Source: Collinsella aerofaciens
Lineage (GTDB): Bacteria > Actinomycetota > Coriobacteriia > Coriobacteriales > Coriobacteriaceae
Reading direction: 5' to 3'
DNA: 64,000 nt
Assembly (NCBI GenBank): GCA_048532905.1
Contig: DBGFTB010000032.1
Span: forward strand, 2,915 to 66,914
This document shows, one piece after another, positions 57,544 through 64,000 of this stretch. Positions within the stretch are counted from its first letter, which is position 1. Every line of letters starts with the position of its first letter. The notes beneath the pieces were generated by a model. That model was given only the letters and a program-made list of their open reading frames with translations. It was not told the origin of the DNA and did no database searches. The position numbers and the translations under genes were made by a program.

Positions 57544-58347
57544 ATGAAACGCGTGCGTCTTGATGACGAACTGATTTCACAGGGCATCTGCGCCGATCGC
57601 GCGGATGCCCTTCGCACTCTTATGGCCGGCTTGGTCTCGAGTGGCGGTGAGCGCTTGACTTCGCCGGGCCTTAAGGTGATCCCGGGGCTGCCGCTGCATG
57701 TGAAGGGGCGCATTCCCTATGTTGGCCGCGGCGGTCTTAAGCTCGAAGGCGCGCTTGATGCGTTTGGCATCAATCCGACGGGCCTTGCCTGTCTGGATGT
57801 GGGCTGCTCTACCGGCGGCTTTACCGATTGTCTGCTCAAGCGCGGAGCTGCGACCGTTGTCTCGGTGGACGTGGGTCGCGCCCAGTTCGATTGGTTGTTG
57901 CGCCAGGACGATCGCGTGACGCTGCATGAGCGCACAAACGTGACGCAGCTGCCTGAGCTTGGCTATGCCGGCACTATCGACCTGGCTGTGTGTGATGTCT
58001 CGTTTACCAGCATCGCGAACATTATCGATGCGGTACTGGCGTGCCTGGCGCCTACGGGTGCATTCTGCACGCTCGTAAAGCCGCAGTTTGAGGCTCCGGC
58101 GGCGCTGGTGGGCGAGGGCGGCATTCTGACCGATCCCGCCGTGCGCCGCGATACACTCGTGGCGGCGGTTGAACTCTTTGCTGCCAAGGGCCTGTTCCCG
58201 GTCGATGTGTGCGTGTCGCCCATTCATGGTGCCAAGGGCAACGTTGAGTTTTTCCTGTACGGCACGAGATTTGACCCCGGCGATCGCTCGCAAGACGAGC
58301 TGCAATCCCAGGTATCGGTTATGTGCGAGAAAGCTGCAACGCTATGA
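57544..58347 (+). CDS. tlyA: TlyA-family rRNA methyltransferase
   Basis: S4 'RLDDEL', 'GRGGLKL', 'DVGCSTGGFTD', 'DVSF', 'LVKPQFE', 'GNVEF'. Confidence 0.94.
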   Translation: MKRVRLDDELISQGICADRADALRTLMAGLVSSGGERLTSPGLKVIPGLPLHVKGRIPYVGRGGLKLEGALDAFGINPTGLACLDVGCSTGGFTDCLLKRGAATVVSVDVGRAQFDWLLRQDDRVTLHERTNVTQLPELGYAGTIDLAVCDVSFTSIANIIDAVLACLAPTGAFCTLVKPQFEAPAALVGEGGILTDPAVRRDTLVAAVELFAAKGLFPVDVCVSPIHGAKGNVEFFLYGTRFDPGDRSQDELQSQVSVMCEKAATL

Positions 58348-59204
58348 AGGTCTTTCTGGTTCCCAATTACTACAAGCAAGAGGCGGTCGAGAGCGGCCTG
58401 ATGCTCGAGCTTTGGCTGACTCGCCAGGGCTATGAGGTCGCATGGGCTGCCGACCAGCGATCCAAGATTCAGAGCACGCCTGATATTGACGGCTCCGATC
58501 TGGTCATTACGCTCGGCGGCGACGGTACGTTGCTGCGCGCTGCCCGCATCCTCAACCATCGTGAGATTCCTATCCTCGGTCTTTCCTATGGTCACCTGGG
58601 CTTTCTAACTGCTGCGAGCCCCGAGGAGCGCGACATCCTGCAGGTCGTGAGCGACGCCCTGTCCGGTGAGCTGCACGTGAGCCGTCGCGCCACCATCGCC
58701 GCGGATATCGTGTCCGTGCGCGAAGACGGTACGAAGGATGTCGTGCGCACCTTCGCCCTCAACGACATGGCGCTTACCCGCGGTCCGCTGTCCGATATGG
58801 TCGAGTTCGACATCACGGTGTCCGGCCATCATATCGACCGTCTGCGTGGCGACGGCGTGGTCGTGTCCACGGCGACTGGTTCTACGGGTTACGCGCTCAG
58901 TGCCGGTGGCCCCATCGTGAGCCCCGACTATACGGGCATGGTCTGCGTACCCATTGCGCCGCACACCATTCAGGCTCGTGCCTTTTTGACCTCGCCGAGT
59001 GATGTCGTCGAAATCTTTATGTCCGATGATCGCCCGAGCGTTCCGGCGATCGCTATCGATGGACAGTTTATTACCTGCGATGGCACCGTTGAGAGCGTGG
59101 CGGTGCGCCGCGGGCCCGGAGATGTGTTGCTGCTGGATTACGGCCCCGAGAGCTTCTATAACTCGGTGAGCCGCGTATTCTACGGAGTCCGTCATGATCG
59201 ATGA
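58344..59204 (+). CDS. nadK: NAD kinase
   Basis: 'LGGDGTLL', 'GHLGFL', 'ALND', 'STATGSTGYALSAGGP'. Confidence 0.95.
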   Translation: MKVFLVPNYYKQEAVESGLMLELWLTRQGYEVAWAADQRSKIQSTPDIDGSDLVITLGGDGTLLRAARILNHREIPILGLSYGHLGFLTAASPEERDILQVVSDALSGELHVSRRATIAADIVSVREDGTKDVVRTFALNDMALTRGPLSDMVEFDITVSGHHIDRLRGDGVVVSTATGSTGYALSAGGPIVSPDYTGMVCVPIAPHTIQARAFLTSPSDVVEIFMSDDRPSVPAIAIDGQFITCDGTVESVAVRRGPGDVLLLDYGPESFYNSVSRVFYGVRHDR

Positions 59205-60822
59205 GCTGCAGGTTTATAACATTGCACTCATTCGCGAGGCGACGCTGGTGCCGAGTGCCGGCCTGACTGTCCTGACTGGCGAGACTGGCGCCGGCAAGAC
59301 CGCGCTGCTCTCGGCCCTCAAGCTAATTTTGGGCGAGCGTGCGGATTCGTCGACGGTGCGCGAGGGCGAGGCACTGGCGAGCGTCGAGGCGCGACTCTTC
59401 GACGGGTCGCACGACACGGAGGGGTTCACCGTACAGCGCAGCCTTTCTGCCGAGGGCCGCAGCCGCGTGAAGATTGACGGTCGCATTGCCAGTGTGCGCG
59501 AGCTTTCGGAGCGCGTCGGCGTGATGATGGATCTGTGCGGCCAGCACGAGCACCAGCGCTTGCTCGATCCGGCGCATCACGTTGCGATGGTCGATGCCTG
59601 GGCGGGACGCTCTGCGCTCGAGGCGCTCGAGCACTACCGTGCTTGCTTTAAAGCCTCGCGCGCGGCTGCCAAGGAGGTCCGTCGCGTCGAGGAGGCCTCA
59701 CGTGCGCGGGGGAGTCGCGTCGAGGAAGCGCGCTTTGCGCTCGAGCGCATCGGCGAGGTCGACCCCAAACCGGGCGAGTATGAGGAACTCGAGGAACTGC
59801 TGCCGCGCTCCGAACATGCCGAGGTACTGGTTGCCACAGCTAACGATGCCCATGCATCGCTTGCCTCCGAAGGGGGAGCGCTCGACGCCGTGAACAGCGC
59901 CGTGGCAGAACTTTCCCGAATGGCTACCGTCGATCGCAAACTGGGCGACATTGCCGATGCGCTTTCGGATGCCTGTATCTCCCTTGAGGATTGCGCGAAC
60001 GAGCTTCGTACCTATCGCGATGGCGTCGCCTTCGACCCGCGCGAGCTCGCACGCATGCGTGAGCGATATTCCGACCTCAAGGGCCTGTTGCGTCAGTGGG
60101 GTCCCACCATGGACGATGTTTTTGCCATGCGCGATCGCTCGCAAGAGCTGCTGTCCCTGGTCGATGATGGCGATGAGCAGATCAAAAAGGCGCGTGAGGC
60201 ACTCGGGAGCGCCGAGCGCGAGTTGTTTGCCGCTGCCAAGGCACTTAAGCGCGCACGCAATACGGCGGCCCCGCGCTTCTGCCACGAGGTTGGCCGCCAG
60301 ATGGCGCGCTTGGAGATGGGTAGTGCCGAGCTCGTCTGGGAGTCGCGCGATCTTCCCCGTGCTGAGTGGACGCCCGTTGGTCCTTCGAGCTACGAGCTGC
60401 TATACCGCAGCGGTGCCGGCTTGACGCCACGTCCCCTGCGCCGCATTGCGTCGGGCGGCGAGCTCAGCCGCGTCATGCTTGCAAGCAAGGTTGTCCTCGG
60501 TAACGCGGACGGTGTCGATACGCTGGTGTTTGACGAGGTCGATGCCGGTGTCGGTGGCTCCACGGCGCGTGCACTCGCGGGCGTGCTGGCAGATCTCGCC
60601 TCTACGCATCAGGTGATTGTCGTAACCCACTTGGCGCAGGTCGCCGTCATGGCCGACAAGCATTATGTTGTCAGCAAGGAACCAGGCGATGTTCCCCAGA
60701 CGCATTTGGACGAGGTAACCGGCGAAGCGCGTACCGCCGAGATCGCCCGCATGTTGAGCGGCGATCAGTCCGAGGCTAGCCTGGCGCACGCAAAGCAGAT
60801 GCTCGAAGAAGCTCGAGGTTAG
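59194..60822 (+). CDS. recN: DNA repair protein RecN
   Basis: 'TGETGAGKT', 'ASGGELSR', 'FDEVDAGVGG', 'VTHLAQVA'. Confidence 0.97.
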   Translation: MIDELQVYNIALIREATLVPSAGLTVLTGETGAGKTALLSALKLILGERADSSTVREGEALASVEARLFDGSHDTEGFTVQRSLSAEGRSRVKIDGRIASVRELSERVGVMMDLCGQHEHQRLLDPAHHVAMVDAWAGRSALEALEHYRACFKASRAAAKEVRRVEEASRARGSRVEEARFALERIGEVDPKPGEYEELEELLPRSEHAEVLVATANDAHASLASEGGALDAVNSAVAELSRMATVDRKLGDIADALSDACISLEDCANELRTYRDGVAFDPRELARMRERYSDLKGLLRQWGPTMDDVFAMRDRSQELLSLVDDGDEQIKKAREALGSAERELFAAAKALKRARNTAAPRFCHEVGRQMARLEMGSAELVWESRDLPRAEWTPVGPSSYELLYRSGAGLTPRPLRRIASGGELSRVMLASKVVLGNADGVDTLVFDEVDAGVGGSTARALAGVLADLASTHQVIVVTHLAQVAVMADKHYVVSKEPGDVPQTHLDEVTGEARTAEIARMLSGDQSEASLAHAKQMLEEARG

Positions 60823-60840
60823 GTCGTATCAGCGGTGTTG

Positions 60841-60873
60841 GTGGGACAAAATAGACTGAAATTTTTGTCCCAC
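60841..60873. terminator. Hairpin between convergent recN and rpiR genes
   Basis: GTGGGACAAAA...TTTTGTCCCAC. Confidence 0.65.
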
Positions 60874-60881
60874 TACGCGTT

Positions 60882-61739
60882 TTACTCCACAACCTTATCC
60901 GGCTGGATGAGCTCTTCGTAGTAGCTGATATGCTCGCGGGCGTCTTCGATTTCGGGCAGCAGGAAGTTGTAGATGACCTCGATGATCATCGTGGCGCTCA
61001 TCTTGGAGAACGCGAAGTCGCCCGTTGTCAGTAGTGCTTCGTGGTTGACGGTATTAAAGGTGTAGTCTGCCAGGCGCGCGAGCGGGGATTTGCTGTCGCT
61101 GCTGATGACGACTACGGTTGCGCCGCAGTCGCGAGCCGCTTTTGCCATGCGATTCAGACGGCGCGACTTGCCGGAGTTTGAGATCAGCACGATAACGTCA
61201 CCGGAGCGCAGCGTGAGCGCAAAACCAATCGAGGTCTCGCTGATGGTGCTTGCCATGCAACGAAGGCCCAGCTGCGAGAACTTGAACGTCGCGTCGAGCG
61301 CGACGGCGTTGGTGTTGCCTACGGCCGCAAACTCAATAACGCCGGCATTCTTAAGCGCGTGTACAACTGCGGCCAACGTGTCGTGATCAATGCCGTCGAT
61401 GGTCGCATTAAGCTCACTCACCTTGGCGGCGAGGATATTTTTAAGGCTCTGCTCCATGTTGTCGAGCGAGACCTCGTCGGTCAGGCCCTCGTTGCGCTGA
61501 CTCTCTAAGTCGCGCGCCAACGAAAACTGAAAGCTGCGGAAGCTGCCAAAGCCCAGCTTGCGGCAGAAACGCGAAACGGTCGCCTCGGACGTGGCGGCAG
61601 CGCGCGAGAGCTGAGCCGCCGTGAGGCGTGGCGCCTCGGACTGGTGCTCCAATATATAGTCGACAATGCGCTGCTCGGACTCGCTGTATCCCTGGTGGGT
61701 ACTAATGAGGGAAAGTGCGCTTTTGCTACTATCGGTCAT
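60882..61739 (-). CDS. MurR/RpiR family transcriptional regulator
   Basis: HTH 'SEATVSRFCRKLGFGSF' plus SIS 'ISNSG', 'SPLARLAD'; AGGAG RBS. Confidence 0.93.
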   Translation of the reverse strand: MTDSSKSALSLISTHQGYSESEQRIVDYILEHQSEAPRLTAAQLSRAAATSEATVSRFCRKLGFGSFRSFQFSLARDLESQRNEGLTDEVSLDNMEQSLKNILAAKVSELNATIDGIDHDTLAAVVHALKNAGVIEFAAVGNTNAVALDATFKFSQLGLRCMASTISETSIGFALTLRSGDVIVLISNSGKSRRLNRMAKAARDCGATVVVISSDSKSPLARLADYTFNTVNHEALLTTGDFAFSKMSATMIIEVIYNFLLPEIEDAREHISYYEELIQPDKVVE

Positions 61740-61819
61740 GGATGGCTCCTGGTTGGCATGAAAATCTAACTTGATTTGCAATGCCATAGTATACGGGCAT
61801 TTTCAATTACAAGATACAC

Positions 61820-61884
61820 CTTGCCGTTTCAAGTGTTGATGGTAAACTTTCACTTGCCGTTTACGGTTATGAAAGAACCTTTCA
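61820..61884. promoter_or_regulatory. PTS promoter and candidate RpiR operators
   Basis: Palindrome TGAAAG-AAC-CTTTCA (61870-61884), related TGATGGTAAACTTTCA (61837-61852), TTGCCG-N16-TAAACT. Confidence 0.55.
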
Positions 61885-62011
61885 CCGGAGAATTGCGCCT
61901 TGTCTCTTCTCACGCGGACGGTAGGTTGGTATCTTTCAGTTGTGGAAAAACGCGCATCGAAGCGCGTGTAGGGGAGCGCCCGCGGGCGCTGTACTCAAGA
62001 AGGAGGGACAC

Positions 62012-64000
62012 ATGGCTAAGTTTGACATCATCGCCGCGACCGGTTGCCCGACCGGCATTGCGCACACCTTCATGGCGAAGGAGGCGCTGGAGAAGGCAGC
62101 TGCCGAGCGCGGTCTGACCATTAAGGTCGAGACTCATGGCCAGGTCGGTGTCGAGAACGAGCTCACCAAGAGCGAGATCGCCGGTGCCAAGGCCGTCGTC
62201 GTCGCAGCCGATAAGGATGTCCAGGCTGAGCGTTTCGCCGGTAAGCCCATGGTTTCCGTTGGTGTTTCCAAGGCCCTGTCTGTCGAGACTGCTGGTAAGC
62301 TGATCGACCGCGCGCTCGCCGCCAAGGGCGACGACACGGTTGCCGCTGCCGCCGATGTCGAGGACGAGGTCGAGGAGAAGGAGTCCATCGGCCACGTCAT
62401 CTACAAGCACCTCATGAACGGCGTCAGCCACATGCTGGTCTTCGTCGTTGCCGGTGGTGTTCTGACCGCCATTTCGTTCCTGTGGGGCATCACGTCCTTT
62501 GATTCGACGGCTGCCGACTACAACAGCTTTGCTGCGATGCTCAAGATCATCGGCGGCATCGCCATGAACCTTATGGTTCCGGTGCTTTCCGCCTACATCG
62601 CCGAATCCATCGGCAAGCGCCCGGCGCTCGTCCCCGGTTTCGTTGCCGGTATGATTGCCATCCAGGGCCTGCCTGTTAACGCCGAGACCGGCATGATCGA
62701 CGCCGGTGGCGCCGGCGTGGGCTTCGGCTTCCTGGGCGGCATCGTCGGCGGCTTCCTTGCCGGCTATGTCATCCTGCTGCTCGAGAAGGTTTTCTCTAAA
62801 ATTCCCGCGAGCCTTAATGGCCTGAAGGCAATCTTTCTGTATCCGCTGTGCTCTACCGCCATCGTCGGCCTGGTCATGCTCGGTATTTCCGGCCCCATGG
62901 CTGCCATTAACCAGGGTATGATGGATTTCCTGCAGAGCCTCGGTAACTCCGGTCCGGTGATCCTTGGCCTGGCCATCGGCTGCATGTGCGCCTTTGATAT
63001 GGGCGGCCCGGTCAACAAGGCTGCTTACGCTACTGGCACCTTCCTGCTCGGTACCGCTCTCGAAGCTGGCGTCGGCACCGAGACCTACAACTTCGGCACC
63101 AACTTCATGGCTGCCGTCTCCGCCGCTTGCATCGTTCCGCCGCTGATCACCACCTTCGCCGTCGTTGTGGGCAAGAAGTACTTCAGCCAGGAGGATCATG
63201 ACGCCGGTATCGTCAACCTCATCCTTGGTTGCACCCACATCACCGAGGGCGCCATTCCGTTCATGACCAAGAACATCTGGCCCGTCATGCCCATCATGAT
63301 GCTCGGTTCTTCCATCGCTTCCATCTTGACCATCTTCTTCAACGTTCACGATCCGGCGCCTCACGGCGGCTTCCTGGTCCTGCCCGTTGTCGAGAACGGT
63401 CCGCTGTGGGTCCTCGCGATCCTCATCGGCGCTGTGGTCGGTGGCATCCTGTTCGTGGCCTTCAAGAAGTACGACTTCGAGAAGAATCAGAAGGCCGCTC
63501 CTGTAGCCAGGTCCGTTGAGGCCCCCAAGGCCGCTGCCGTCGAGGCCCCCAAGGCCGAGGCTGCCGACTTCGTGAAGGTCGAGAATGTCTTTGTCGCCGA
63601 GGACTTCGCTTCTCGTGACGAGGCTCTGAGCTTCGTTTCCAACCAGGCTGTCAAGGCCGGTATCGCCAGCGACGCCGACGCCGTGATGAACGCCTTCCTG
63701 GCCCGCGAGGCCGAGGGCACCACGGGCATGATGGAGGGCTTCGCCATCCCGCATGCCAAGTCCGACGCCATTACCGAGGCTGCCGTCATCGTCGTCAAGG
63801 ACGAGTCCGGTGTGACCGGTTGGGACACCATGGACGGCGCTCCCGTCAACGTGGCCATCGCGCTGCTCATCCCGGGTGCCCAGGCCGGCACCACGCACCT
63901 TAAGATCCTGTCCAAGGTCGCCGAGGCGCTCATGGACGAGGACTTCCGTGCCACCGTCAAGGGTTCCACCGACGCCGCCGAGATCGCCAAGACGATCAAC
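62012..64000 (+). CDS. Fructose-family PTS EIIBCA, 3' truncated by window edge (absent from ORF track)
   Basis: IIB 'GCPTGIAHTFMA', IIC 'HLMNGVSHM', 'DMGGPVNK', 'ITEGAIPF', IIA 'AREAEGTTG....AIPHA'; AAGGAGG RBS. Confidence 0.95.
   Translation, partial: MAKFDIIAATGCPTGIAHTFMAKEALEKAAAERGLTIKVETHGQVGVENELTKSEIAGAKAVVVAADKDVQAERFAGKPMVSVGVSKALSVETAGKLIDRALAAKGDDTVAAAADVEDEVEEKESIGHVIYKHLMNGVSHMLVFVVAGGVLTAISFLWGITSFDSTAADYNSFAAMLKIIGGIAMNLMVPVLSAYIAESIGKRPALVPGFVAGMIAIQGLPVNAETGMIDAGGAGVGFGFLGGIVGGFLAGYVILLLEKVFSKIPASLNGLKAIFLYPLCSTAIVGLVMLGISGPMAAINQGMMDFLQSLGNSGPVILGLAIGCMCAFDMGGPVNKAAYATGTFLLGTALEAGVGTETYNFGTNFMAAVSAACIVPPLITTFAVVVGKKYFSQEDHDAGIVNLILGCTHITEGAIPFMTKNIWPVMPIMMLGSSIASILTIFFNVHDPAPHGGFLVLPVVENGPLWVLAILIGAVVGGILFVAFKKYDFEKNQKAAPVARSVEAPKAAAVEAPKAEAADFVKVENVFVAEDFASRDEALSFVSNQAVKAGIASDADAVMNAFLAREAEGTTGMMEGFAIPHAKSDAITEAAVIVVKDESGVTGWDTMDGAPVNVAIALLIPGAQAGTTHLKILSKVAEALMDEDFRATVKGSTDAAEIAKTIN

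Overview
High-GC bacterial chromosome segment. Gene content and order suggest Coriobacteriia (Collinsella-like); this is an inference. Most of the window is core genome: infB-rbfA-nrnA-truB-ribF-dnaG-rpoD, 2x tRNA-Asn, asp23-fakA-recG-rsmD-coaD-(SepIVA-like)-yceD-rpmF-plsX-acp-rnc-smc-ftsY-ffh, thyA-folA, ftsH, T-box-ileS-lspA-rluD, dgt-rarA, an anti-sigma/SigB-like operon, alaS-ruvX-mltG-yqeG-aroK-(dead aroB)-pepQ-efp-nusB-xseB-tlyA-nadK-recN, and an RpiR regulator divergent from a fructose-family PTS. The one clearly accessory part is a ~1.35 kb decayed island (31650-33002) in the 3' end of a DUF523 gene. It is bounded by 13-bp direct repeats and holds the tail of a large serine recombinase, two IS3 right-end remnants, and an AT-rich peptidase-E gene bracketed by 20-bp imperfect inverted sites (cassette-like). 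Other notable signals: a DUF134-NifX fusion with twin palindromic operators and an internal RBS, an AroB homologue lacking catalytic residues, a kinase-dead RsbW-like protein, a SigB-type promoter before ftsH, a LexA box before rarA, a transcriptional ileS T-box, and several GGGAC-core REP-like palindromes.
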